Source: Antedon mediterranea
Lineage: Eukaryota > Animalia > Echinodermata
Assembly: GCF_964355755.1 (NCBI RefSeq)
Contig: NC_092677.1
Span: forward strand, 21,625,175-21,689,174
DNA: 64,000 bases
Reading direction: 5' to 3'
In this document: in pieces, positions 13,501 through 26,100 of the stretch
Layout of the letters: each line of letters starts with the position of its first letter
Position numbering within the stretch: position 1 is the stretch's first letter
Notes under the pieces: model-generated
Databases searched by the model: none
Told to the model about the DNA's origin: nothing
The model's input: only the letters and a program-made list of their open reading frames with translations
Translations under genes and position numbers: made by a program

Positions 13501-16500
13501 ATCACTCAAACCTGAGCATTACCCGTTCGCCGCAAACCATTTTATGACTGAAGAGCTGATAATAGTCTATTTATATGAAATGGATGATCAATCAATGAAA
13601 AATAATGCCATGCAACTTTGTTTCTGATTTTAAAAAAGGTTCACTTGTTTAGGCCTGACAGTTGCAACCCTAAAAAAATCTCACTTTCAAAAACAATATT
13701 TATTTTCAATTAAAAAAAAAAGAAAAAAAAATACCCGTATAGGTTCGAACCCACTACTGAGAGCACTCAAACCTGAGCATTACACGTTACGCCACAAACC
13801 AGTAGATGACTGAGGAGCTGATAATAGTCTATATGAAATAAATAATCAATCAATGAAAAATAATGCCATGCAACTTTGTTTCTGATTGAAAAAAATGTTC
13901 ACTTGTTTAGGCCTGACATTTACAACCCTCAAAATATCTCACTTTCAAAAACAATATTTATTTTCAAATAAAAAAAAAAAAAAAATATCCCTAGAAGTTC
14001 GAACCCACTATTGAAATCACTCAAAACTGAGCATTACCCGTTACACCGCAAACCAGTATATAACTGAAGAGCTGATAATAGTCTATTTATATGAAATGGA
14101 TGATCAACCAATGAAAAATAATGCCATGCAACTTTGTTTCTGATTTTAAAAAGGTTCACTTGTTTAGGCCTGACATTTACAACCCTAAAAATATCTCACT
14201 TTCAAAAACAATATTTATTTTCAATTTAAAAAAGAAAATCCCTAGAGGTTCGAACCCACTACTGAGAGAACTCAAACCTGAGCATTATCCGTTACGCCAC
14301 CAACCAGTAGGTGTCTGAGGAGCTGATAATAGTCTATTTATATGAAATGAATGATCAATCAATGAAAAATAATGCCATGCAACTTTGTTTCTGATTTTAA
14401 AAAAGGTTCACTTGTTTTGGCCTGACATTTACAACCCTTAAAATATCTCACTTTCAAAAACAATATTTTTTCAATTAAAAAAAAAAAAGAAATAAACTAT
14501 CAGTAGAGGTTCGAACCCACTAGTGAGAGCACTCAAACTTGAGCATTACCCGTTACGCCACGAACCAGTAGATGACTGAAGAGCTGATAATACTCTATTT
14601 ATATGAAATAAATAATAAATCAATGAAAAATAATGCCATGCAACTTTGTTTCTGATTTTAAAAAAGGTCCACTTGTTTAGGCCTGACATTTACAACCCTC
14701 AAACTATCTCACTTTCAAAAACCATATTTATTTTAAATTTAAAAAAAAAAAGAAAAAAAATATTCGTAGAGGTTCGAACCCACCACTGCGAGAACTCAAA
14801 CCTGAGCACTACCAGTTACGCTACAAACCAGTAGATGACTGAAGAGCTGATAATAGTCTATTTATATGAAATTAATAATAAATCAATGAAAAATAATGCC
14901 ATGCAACTTTGTTTCTGATTTTAAAAAAGGTTCACTTGTTTAGGCCTGACATTTACAACCCTCAAAATATCTCACTTTCAAAAACAATATTTATTAAAAA
15001 AAAAAAAAAAAAAGAAACAAAATATCCGTAGAGGTTCGAACCCACTAGTGAGAGAACTCAAACTTGAGCATTACCCGTTACGCCACAAACCAGTAGATGA
15101 CTGAAGAGCTGATAATACTCTATTTATATGAAATAAATAATAAATCAATGAAAAATAATGCCATGCAACTTTGTTTCTGATTTTAAAAAAGGTCCACTTG
15201 TTTAGGCCTGACATTTACAACCCTCAAAATATCTCACTTTCAAAAACCATATTTATTTTCAATTTAAAAAAAAAAGAAAAAAATATCCCGAGAGGTTCGA
15301 CCCACTACTGCGAGAACTCAAACCTGAGCATTACCCGTTACGCCACAAACCAGTAGATGTCTGAAGAGCTGATAATAGTCTATTTATATGAAATGAATGA
15401 TCAATCAATGAAAAATAATGCCATGCAACTTTGTTTCTGATTTAAAAAAAGGTTCACTTGTTTAGGCCTGACATTTACAACCCTAAAAATATCTCACTTT
15501 CAAAAACAATATTTATTTTCAATTTAAAAAAAAAAATCCCTAGAGGTTCGAACCCACTACTGAGAGAACTCAAACCTGAGCATTATCCGTTACGCCACCA
15601 ACAAGTAGGTGACTGAGGAGCTGATAATAGTCTATTTATATGAAATGAATGATCAATCAATGAAAAATAATGCCATGAAGCTTTGTTTCTGATTTTAAAA
15701 AAGGTTCACTTGTTTTGGCCTGACTTTTACAACCCTCAAAATATCTCACTTTCAAAAACAATATTTTTTCAATTAAAAAAAAAAAAGTAATAAAATATCA
15801 GTAGAGGTTCGAACCCACTAGTGAGAGCACTCAAACTTGAGCATTACCGGTTACGCCACAAACCAGTAGATGACTGAAGAGCTGATAATAGTCTATTTAT
15901 ATGAAATGAATGATCAATCAATGAAAAATAATGCCATGCAACTTTGTTTCTGATTTTAAAAAAGGTTCACTTGTTTAGGCCTGATATTTACAACCCTCAA
16001 AATATCTCACTTTCAAAAACCATATTTATTTTCAATTTAAAAAAAAAAGAAAAAAAATATCCCTAGAGGTTCGACCCACTACTCAGAGCACTCAAAACTG
16101 AGCATTACCCGTTACGCCACAAACCAGTAGATGACTGAAGAGCTGATAATAGTCTATTTATATGAAATGAATGATCAATCAATGAAAAATAATGCCATGC
16201 AACTTTGTTTCTGATTTAAAAAAAGGTTCACTTGTTTAGGCCTGACATTTACAACCCTCAAAATATCTCACTTCCAAAAACAATATTTATTTTCAATTAA
16301 AAAAAAAAGAAAAAAAATATTCGTAGAGGTTCGAACCCACTACTGCGAGAACTCAAACCTGAGCACTACCGGTTACGCCACAAACCAGGAGATGACTGAA
16401 GAGCTGATAACAGTCTATTTATTTGAAATGAATGATCCATCAATGTAAAATGATGTTATGCAACTTTGTTTCTGATTTTAAAAAAAGGTCCACTTGGTTA

Positions 16501-18558
16501 GGCTTGACATTTAAAACCCTCAAAATATCTCACTTTCAAAAACCATATTTATTTTCAATTTAAAAAAAAAAATCCCTAGAGGTTCGAACCCACTACTGAG
16601 AGAACTCAAACTTGAGCATTATCCGTTACGCCACCAACCAGTAGGTGACTGAGGAGCTGATAATAGTCTATTTATATGAAATGAATGATCAATCAATTAA
16701 AAATAATGCCATGAAGCTTTGTTTCTGATTTTAAAAAAGGTTCACTTGTTTTGGCCTGACATTTACAACCCTCAAAATATCTCACTTTCAAAAACAATAT
16801 TTTTTCAATTAAAAAAAAAAAAGTAATAAAATATCAGTAGAGGTTCGAACCCACTAGTGAGAGCACTCAAACTTGAGCATTACCGGTTACGCCACAAACC
16901 AGTAGATGACTGAAGAGCTGATAATAGTCTATTTATATGAAATGAATGATCAATCAATGAAAAATAATGCCATGCAACTTTGTTTCTGATTTTAAAAAAG
17001 GTTCACTTGTTTAGGCCTGATATTTACAACCCTCAAAATATCTCACTTTCAAAAACCATATTTATTTTCAATTTAAAAAAAAAAGAAAAAAAATATCCCT
17101 AGAGGTTCGACCCACTACTCAGAGCACTCAAACCTGAGCATTACCCGTTACGCCACAAACCAGTAGATGAATGAAGAGCTGATAATAGTCTATTTATATG
17201 AAATGAATGATCAATCAATGAAAAATAATGCCATGCAACTTTGTTTCTGATTTTAAAAAAGGTCCACTTGTTTAGGCCTGACATTTACAACCCTCAAAAT
17301 ATCTCACTTCCAAAAACAATATTTATTTTCATTTAAAAAAAAAAGAAAAAAAATATTCGTAGAGGTTCGAACCCACTACTGCGAGAACTCAAACCTGAGC
17401 ACTACCGGTTACGCCACAAACCAGTAGATGACTGAAGAGCTGATAACAGTCTATTTATTTTAAATGAATGATCCATCAATGTAAAATGATGTTATGCAAC
17501 TTTGTTTCTGATTTTAAAAAAAGGTCCACTTGGTTAGGCTTGACATTTAAAACCCTCAAAATATCTCACTTTCAAAAACCATATTTATTTTCAATTTAAA
17601 AAAAAAAGAAAAAAAATATCCCTTGAGGTTCGACCCACTACTCAGAGCACTCAAACCTGAGCATTACCCGTTACGCCACAAACCAGTAGATGACTGAAGA
17701 GCTGATAATAGTCTATTTATATGAAATGAATTATCAATCAATGAAAAATAATGCCATGCAACTTTGTTTCTGATTTTAAAAAAGGTCCACTTGTTTAGGC
17801 CTGACATTTACAACCCTCAAAATATCTCACTTTCAAAAACCATATTTATTTTCAATTTAAAAAAAAAAGAAAAAAAGTATTCTAGAGGTTCGACCCACTA
17901 CTCAGAGCACTCAAACCTGAGCATTACTCGTTACGCCACAAACCAGTAGATGACTGAAGAGCTGGTAATAGTCTATTTATATGAAATGAATTATCAATCA
18001 ATGAAAAATAATGCCATGCAACTTTGTTTCTGATTTTAAAAAAGATCCATTTGTTTAGGCCTGACATTTACAACCCTAAAAAATATCTCATTTTCAAAAA
18101 AAATATTTATTTTCAATAAGAAAAAAAAAAGCAATATCCCTAGAGGTTGGAACCCGCTACTGAGAGCACTCAAACCTGGGTATTACCCGTTACGCCACAA
18201 ACCAGTAGATAACTGAAGAGCTGATAATAGTCTATTTATATGAAATGAATGATCAATCAATGAAAAATAATGCCATGCAACTTTGTTTCTGATTTCAAAA
18301 AAGGTCCACTTGTTTAGGCCTGACATTTACAAACCTCAAAATATCTCACTTTCAAAAACAATATTTTTTTCAATAAAAAAAAAAAAAAAAAAAAATATTC
18401 GTAGAGGTTCGAACCCCTACTGCGAGAACTCAAACCTGAGCATTACCCGTTACTCCTCAAACCAGTAGATGACTGAAGAGCTGATAATACTCTATATATA
18501 TGAAATTAATAATAAATCAATGAAAAATAATGCCATGCAACTTTGTTTCTGATTTTAA

Positions 18559-18904
18559 ACAAGCACGAATGTGCAATACTCGGGGTACAGCGAAAGAAGC
18601 TGTAATGACGTCATAAGACCGGATGTAACGTCACATACACATCAAAAACCGCGCTACCAAATACGGCTATACGATACCATCTTCGAGACGTCATATGGCT
18701 GCATCCGGTATGAAATTAAAAAATCCGGCTCTCTATAGCTTTGAGGACATGTCCCTGTAGTATATTCATGCTAAATCCGAGCTCAATACTACAACGAATA
18801 AGGGAGGAGTAGTACTTTATAAATTGCACTTTTTGCTCAATAGTGTCCGGATGGAAGAAGAAGAGGAAAAGATGAGAGAGTCCTAGACTCAGGTACCCCG
18901 ACTA
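18559..18904 (-). mobile_element. Complete ~345-bp short HINE unit forming one arm of composite copy 1
   Basis: It has both termini: hairpin plus subTIR at 18563-18588, and a diverged palindromic end ACTCAGGTACCCCGACTA at 18887-18904. Its segment 18714-18904 is homologous to 19927-20108. Confidence 0.7.
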
Positions 18905-18973
18905 ATAAAACGATATATACTCTATATCATTTTACGCATACAGTATATTTCACCATAAAGTTAAAGAAAAATA

Positions 18974-19044
18974 GGTTTCGCCAGGGCTCGAACCGGGACC
19001 TTCTGCGAGTTAAGCAGACTTGACAACCACTACACTACGAAAGT
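18974..19044 (-). pseudogene. tRNA-Val(AAC)-derived pseudogene
   Basis: Reverse complement: ACTTTCGTAGTGTAGTGGTTGTCAAGTCTGCTTAACTCGCAGAAGGTCCCGGTTCGAGCCCTGGCGAAACC followed by TATTTTT. The anticodon stem TCTGC/GCAGA is intact; the acceptor, D and T stems have mismatches. Confidence 0.8.
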
Positions 19045-19256
19045 TCTTACACCAAAAATGTGGGTTACACAAAGTTTTTTAATCCATTTAAATTACAAAT
19101 AAATTATTATGTAATAAGCACAAAGCAAGATAAACATGTGTAAAAGTGATAATTACCGATTACACAAAATAAATATTTTTAAAAATAATAAAAATAAGAT
19201 ATACTGTATATCATATTACCTTATCAGTACTTTTTACCATAAAGTTGAAAAAAAAA

Positions 19257-19328
19257 GGTTTCGCCCGGGCTCGAACCGGGGACCTTCTGCGTGTTAAGCA
19301 GACGTGATAACCACTACGCCAAGAAGCC
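19257..19328 (-). tRNA. tRNA-Val(AAC)-like sequence, probably a pseudogene
   Basis: Reverse complement: GGCTTCTTGGCGTAGTGGTTATCACGTCTGCTTAACACGCAGAAGGTCCCCGGTTCGAGCCCGGGCGAAACC followed by T9. Anticodon arm (AAC) and T arm (CCCGG/CCGGG) are perfect. Two acceptor-stem mismatches and a C-A mismatch in the D stem. Confidence 0.75.
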
Positions 19329-19487
19329 GCATATAACTACATAACGCTGTGGTGTGTTTCACACATTGTGGCTTCTTAATTAAACAAATTAATTAACAAA
19401 AAAGCACGAATGTGCAATACAGAATACAGAATGTACAGCGAAAGAAGCTGTATACAGACGTATACAGTTTGAAAGTAAAGAAAAATA

Positions 19488-19558
19488 GGTATCGCCAGGG
19501 CTCGAACCGGGACCTTCTGCGTGTTAAGCAGACTTGAAAACCACTACACTACGAAACC
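19488..19558 (-). pseudogene. tRNA-Val(AAC)-derived pseudogene
   Basis: Reverse complement: GGTTTCGTAGTGTAGTGGTTTTCAAGTCTGCTTAACACGCAGAAGGTCCCGGTTCGAGCCCTGGCGATACC. Paralog of 18974-19044. Confidence 0.8.
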
Positions 19559-19773
19559 TCTTACATTAAAAATGTGGGTTACAGAAAGTTTTTTAATCCA
19601 TTTAAATTACAAATAAATGGTAATAAGCACAAAGCAAAATAACCATGTGTAAAAGTGATAATTACCGATTACACAAAATAAGTGTTTAAAAAAATAATAA
19701 AAATAAAATATACTCTGTATAATTATCATATTGCGTATACAGTACTTTTCACCATAAAGTTTAAAAAAAAAAA

Positions 19774-19845
19774 GGTTTCGTCCGGGCTCGAACCAGGTAC
19801 CTTCTGCGTGTTAAGCAAACGTGATAACCACCACGCCAAGAAGCC
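19774..19845 (-). pseudogene. tRNA-Val(AAC)-derived pseudogene
   Basis: Paralog of 19257-19328 with extra substitutions (TTTGCTTAACACGCAGA arm; CCTGGTTCGAGCCCGGA), followed by T11. Confidence 0.8.
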
Positions 19846-20108
19846 CCATATAACCATATAACTACATAACGCCGTGGTGTGTGTCACACATTGTGGCTTC
19901 TTAATTAAACAAATTAATTAACAAAAAATTAAAAATCCGGCTCTATAGATTTGAGAACATGTCCCTGTAGTATATTCATGCCAAATCCCAGCTCAATACT
20001 ACAACGAATAAGGGAGGAGTAGTACTTTAAAAATCGCACTTTTTACTCAATAGTGTCCAGATGGTGGAGGAGAAAATGAGTAAGTACTAGACTCGGGTAC
20101 CCCGAGTA

Positions 20109-23100
20109 AAAAGGTTCACTTGTTTAGGCCTGACATTTACAACCCTCAAAATATCTCACTTTCAAAAACAATATTTATTTTAAATAAAAAAAAAAAAAAA
20201 ATATCCGTAGAGGTTCGAACCCACTAGTGAGAACACTCAAACTTGAGCATTATCCGTTACGCCTCAAACCAGTAGATGACTGAAGAGCTGATAATAGTCT
20301 ATTTATATGAAATGAATGATCAATCAATGAAAAATAATGCCATGCAACTTTGTTTCTGATTTTAAAAAAGGTCCACTTGTTTAGGCCTGACATTTACAAC
20401 CCTCAAAATATCTCACTTTCAAAATCAATATTTATTCTCAATTTAAAAAAAAAAGAAAAAAAATATTCGTAGAAGTTCGAACCCACTACTGCGAGAACTC
20501 AAACCTGAGCATTACCCGTTACGCCTCAAGCCAGTAGATGACTGAAGAGCTGATAATACTCTATTTATATGAAATTAATAATAAATCAATGAAAAATAAT
20601 GCCATGCAACTTTGTTTCTGATTTTAAAAAAGGTTCACTTGTTTAGGCCTGACATTTACAACCCTCAAAATATCTCACTTTCAAAAACAATATTTATTTT
20701 AAATATAAAAAAAATAAAAAAAAAAATACCCGCAGAGGTTCGAACCCACTAGTGAGAGCACTCAAACTTGATCATTACCCGTTACGCCACAAACCAGTAG
20801 ATGACTGAAGAGCTGACAATACTCTATTTATATGAAATAAATAATAAATCAATGAAAAATAATGCCATGCAACTTTGTTTCTGATTTTAAAAAAGGTCCA
20901 CTTGTTTAGGCCTGACATTTACAACCCTCAAAATATCTCACTTTCAAAATCCATATTTATTCTCAATTTAAAAAAAAAAGAAAAAAAATATCCCTAGAGG
21001 TTCGACCCACTACTCAGAGCACTCAAACCTGAGCATTACCCGTTACGCCACAAACCAGTAGATGACTGAAGAGCTGATAATAGTCTATTTTATATGAAAT
21101 GAATGATCAATCAATGAAAAATAATGCAATGCAACTTTGTTTCTGATTTTAAAAAAGGTCCACTTGTTTAGGCCTGACATTTACAACCCTCAAAATATCT
21201 CACTTTCAAAAACCATATTTATTTTCAATTTAAAAAAAAAAGAAAAAAAATATCCCTAGAGGTTCGACCCACTACTCAGAGCACTCAAAACTGAGCATTA
21301 CCCGTTACGCCACAAATCAGTAGATGACTGAAGAGCTGATAATAGTCTATTTATATGAAATGAATGATCAATCAATAAAAAATAAAGCCATGCAACTTTG
21401 TTTCTGATTTAAAAAAAGGTTCACTTGTTTAGGCCTGACATTTACAACCCTAAAAATATCTCACTTTCAAAAACAATATTTATTTTCAATTTTAAAAAAA
21501 AATTCCCTAGAGGTTCGAACCCACTACTGAGAGAACTCAAATCTGAGCATTATCCGTTACGCCACCAACCAGTAGGTGACTGAGGAGCTGATAATAGTCT
21601 ATTTATATGAAATGAATGATCAATCAATGAAAAATAATGCCATGCAACTTTGTTTCTGATTTTAAAAAAGGTTCACTTGTTTTGGCCTGACATTTACAAC
21701 CCTCAAAATATCTCACTTTCAAAAACAATATTTTTTCAATTAAAAAAAAAAAGAAATAAAATATCAGTAGAGGTTCGAACCCACTAGTGAGAGCACTCAA
21801 ACTTGAGCATTACCCGCTACGCCACAAACCAGTAGATGACTGAAGAGCTGATAATACTCTATTTATATGAAATAAATAATAAATCAATGAAAAATAATGC
21901 CATGCAACCTTGTTTCTGATTTTAAAAAAGGTTCATTTGTTTAGGCCTTTCATTTACAACCCTCAAAATATCTCACCTTCAAAAAAAATATTTATTTTCA
22001 ATAAAAAAAAAAGAAAAGAAATATCCCTAGAGGTTCGAACCCACTACTGCGAGCACTCAAACTTGAGCATTACCCGTTACGCCTCAAACCAGTAGATGAC
22101 TGAAGAGCTGATAATACTCTATTTATATGAAATGAATAATAAATCAATGAAAAATAATGCCATGCAACTTTGTTTCTGATTTTAAAAAAGGTTCACTTGT
22201 TTAGGCCTGACATTTACAACCCTCAAAATATCTCACCTTCAAAAACAATATTTATTTTCAAATAAAAAAAAAAGAAAAAAAATATCCCTAGAAATTCGAA
22301 CCCACTATTGAAATCACTCAAACCTGAGCATTACCCGTTCGCCGCAAACCATTTTATGACTGAAGAGCTGATAATAGTATATTTATATGAAATTAATAAT
22401 AAATCAATGAAAAATAATGCCATGCAACTTTGTTTCTGATTTCAAAAAATGTTCACTTGTTTAGGCCTGACAGTTGCAACCCTCAAAATATCTCACTTTC
22501 AAAAACAATATTTATTTTCAATTAAAAAAAAAATAAAAAAAAAATACCCGTATAGGTTCGAACCCACTACTGAGAGCACTCAAACCTGAGCATTACACGT
22601 TACGCCACAAACCAGTAGATGACTGAGGAGCTGATAATAGTCTATATATATGAAATGAATGAACAATCAATGAAAAATAATGCCATGCAACTTTGTTTCT
22701 GATTGAAAAAAATGTTCACTTGTTTAGGCCTGACATTTACAACCCTCATAATATCTCACTTTCAAAAACAATATTTTTTAAATTAAAAAAAAAAAGAAAT
22801 AAAATATCAGTAGAGGTTCGAACCCACTAGTGAGAGCACTCAAACTTGAGCATTACCCGCTACGCCACAAACCAGTAGATGACTGAAGAGCTGATAATAC
22901 TCTATTTTTATGAAATAAATAATAAATCAATGAAAAATAATGCCATGCAACTTTGTTTCTGATTTTAAAAAAGGTCCACTTGTTTAGGCCTGATATTTAC
23001 AACCCTCAAAATATCTCAATTTCAAAAACCATATTTATTTTCAATTTAAAAAAAAAAGAAAAAAAATATCCCTAGAGGTTCGACCCACTACTCAGAGCAC

Positions 23101-26100
23101 TCAAACCTGAGCATTACCCGTTACGCCACAAACCAGTAGATGACTGAAGACCTGATAATAGTCTATTTATATGAAATGAATGATCAATCAATGAAAAATA
23201 ATGCCATGCAACTTTGTTTCTGATTTTAAAAAAGGTCCACTTGTTTAGGCCTGACATTTACAACCCTCAAAATATCTCACTTTCAAAAACCATATTTATT
23301 TTCAATTTAAAAAAAAAGAAAAAAAATATCCCTAGAGGTTCGACCCACTAATCAGAGCACTCAAAACTGAGCATTACCCGTTACGCCACAAACCAGTAGA
23401 TGACTGAAGAGCTGATAACAGTCTATTTATATGAAATGAATGATCCATCAATGTAAAATGATGTTATACAACTTTGTTTCTGATTTTAAAAAAAGGTCCA
23501 CTTGGTTAGGCTTGACATTTAAAACCCTCAAAATATCTCACTTTCAAAAACCATATTTATTTTCAATAAAAAAAAAAAAAAAAAAATATTCGTAGAGGTT
23601 CGAACCCACTACTGCGAGAACTCAAACCTGAGCATTACCCGTTACGCCTCAAACCAGTAGATGACTGAAGAGCTGATAATACTCTATTTATATGAAATTA
23701 ATAATAAATCAATGAAAAATAATGCCATGCAACTTTGTTTCTGATTTTAAAAAAGGTTCACTTGTTTAGGCCTGACATTTACAACCCTCAAAATATCTCA
23801 CTTTCAAAAATAATATTTATTTTAAATAAAAAAAAAAAAAAATATCCGTAGAGGTTCGAACCCACTAGTGAGAGCACTCAAACTTGAGCATTACCCGTTA
23901 CGCCACAAACCAGTAGATAACTGAAGATCTGATAATAGTCTATTTATATGAAATGAATGATCAATCAATGAAAAATAATGCCATGCAACTTTGTTTCTGA
24001 TTTTAAAAAAGGTCCACTTGTTTAGGCCTGACATTTACAACCCTCAAAATATCTCACTTTCAAAAACAATATTTTTTTCAATAAAAAAAAAAAAAGAAAA
24101 AAAATATTCGTAGAGGTTCGAACCCACTACTGCGATAACTCAAACCTGAGCATTACCCGTTACGCCTCAAACCAGTAGATGACTGAAGAGCTGATAATAC
24201 TCTATTTATATGAAATTAATAATAAATCAATGAAAAATAATGCCATGCAACTTTGTTTCTGATTTTAAAAAAGGTTCACTTGTTTAGGCCTGACATTTAC
24301 AACCCTCAAAATATCTCACTTTCAAAAACAATATTTATTTTAAATTAAAAAAAAAAAGGAACAAGATATCCGTAGAGGTTCGAACCCACTAGTGAGAGCA
24401 ATCAAACTTGAGCATTACCCGTTACGCCACAAACCAGTAGATGACTGAAGAGCTGATAATACTCTATTTATATGAAATAAATAATAAATCAATGAAAAAT
24501 AATGCCATGCAACTTTGTTTCTGATTTTAAAAAAGGTCCACTTGTTTAGGCCTGATATTTACAACCCTCAAAATATCTCACTTTCAAAAACCATATTTAT
24601 TTTCAATTTAAAAAAAAAAGAAAAAGAATATCCCTAGAGGTTCGAACCCACTACTGGGAGAACTCAAACCTGAGCACCACCGGTTACGCCACAAACCAGT
24701 AGATGACTGAAGAGCTGATAACAGTCTATTTATATGAAATGAATGATCCATCAATGGAAAATGATGTTATGCAACTTTGTTTCTGATTTTAAAAAAAGGT
24801 CCACTTGGTTAGGCTTGACATTTAAAACCCTCAAAATATCTCACTTTCAAAAACCATATTTATTTTCAATTTAAAAAAAAAGAAAAAAAATATCTCTTGA
24901 GGTTCGACCCACTACTCAGAGCACTCAAACCTGAGCATTACCCGTTACGCCACAAACCAGTAGATGACTGAAGAGCTGATAATAGTCTATTTATATGAAA
25001 TAAATTATCAATCAATGAAAAATAATGCCATGCAACTTTGTTTCTGATTTTAAAAAAGATCCATTTGTTTAGGCCTGACATTTACAACCCTAAAAAATAT
25101 CTCATTTAAAAAAAAAAATATTTATTTTCAATAAGAAAAAAAAAGCAATATCCCTAGAGGTTGGTACCCGCTACTGAGAGCACTCAAACCTGGGTACTAC
25201 CCGTTACGCCACAAACCAGTAGATAACTGAAGAGCTGATAATAGTCTATTTATATGAGATTAATGATCAATCAATGAAAAATAATGCCATGCAACTTTGT
25301 TTCTGATTTTAAAAAAGGTCCACTTGTTTAGGCCTGACATTTACAACCCTCAAAATATCTCACTTTCAAAAACAATATTTTTTTCAATAAAAAAAAAAAA
25401 AAAAAAAAAAAAATATTCGTAGAGGTTCGAACCCACTACTGCGAGAACTCAAACCTGAGCATTACCCGTTACGCCTCAAACCAGTAGATGACTGAAGAGC
25501 TGATAATACTCTATTTATATGAAATTAATAATATATCAATGAAAAATAATGCCATGCAACTTTGTTTCTGATTTTAAAAAAGGTTCACTTGTTTAGGCCT
25601 GACATTTACAACCCTCAAAATATCTCACTTTCAAAAACAATATTTATTTTAAATAAAAAAAAAAAAAATATCCGTAGAGGTTCGAACCCACTAGTGAGAG
25701 CACTCAAACTTGAGCATTACCCGTTACGCCACAAACCAGTAGATAACTGAAGATCTGATAATAGTCTATTTATATTAAATGAATGATCAATCAATGAAAA
25801 ATAATGCCATGCAACTTTGTTTCTGATTTTAAAAAAGGTCCACTTGTTTAGGCCTGACATTTACAACCCCCAAAATATCTCACTTTCAAAAAAAACATTT
25901 TTTTCAATAAAAAAAAAAAAGAAAAAAAATATTCGTAGAGGTTCGAACCCACTACTGCGATAACTCAAACCTGAGCATTACCCGTTACGCCTCAAACCAG
26001 TAGATGACTGAAGAGCTGATAATACTCTATTTATATGAAATTAATAATAAATCAATGAAAAATAATGCCATGCAACTTTGTTTCTGATTTTAAAAAAGGT

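Larger units (their letters stand above)
1..18558. repeat. ~261-bp tandem satellite array, segment 1 (~71 monomers)
   Basis: The motifs GCCATGCAACTTTGTTTCTGATTTT, TTTAGGCCTGACATTTACAACCCTCAAAATATCTCAC, an A-tract, GGTTCGAACCCACTA and CCAGTAGATGACTGAAGAGCTGAT recur every ~257-264 bp. The ORF-track starts show the same period (e.g. 1881, 2145, 2406). Confidence 0.99.
18559..20108 (-). mobile_element. Composite non-autonomous Helentron/HINE (DINE-1-like) element carrying four tRNA-Val-derived copies, copy 1
   Basis: It interrupts the A6 tract of a monomer (T-run on minus) with no clear TSD. 12-bp subterminal inverted repeats: TACTCGGGGTAC (18577-18588) and GTACCCCGAGTA (20097-20108). One end is the palindrome ACTCGGGTACCCCGAGT; the other has the stem-loop GCAC-GAAT-GTGC (18563-18574) outside the subTIR. 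This matches the known HINE architecture. No ORF. Confidence 0.8.
19401..20108 (-). mobile_element. Second HINE unit in composite copy 1, with its interior replaced by a tRNA-Val pair
   Basis: Second terminus AAGCACGAATGTGCAATAC...GTACAGCGAAAGAAGCTGTA at ~19402-19452 (subTIR damaged here but intact in copy 2). Two tRNA-like copies follow, then the HINE body at 19927-20108. Confidence 0.65.

Noticed and set aside
18559-20108. SINE or classical MITE interpretation of the insertion
   Set aside because: The tRNA copies are internal rather than a 5' head, there is no clear TSD, and the inverted repeats are subterminal and asymmetric with a terminal stem-loop. This fits Helentron/HINE better.
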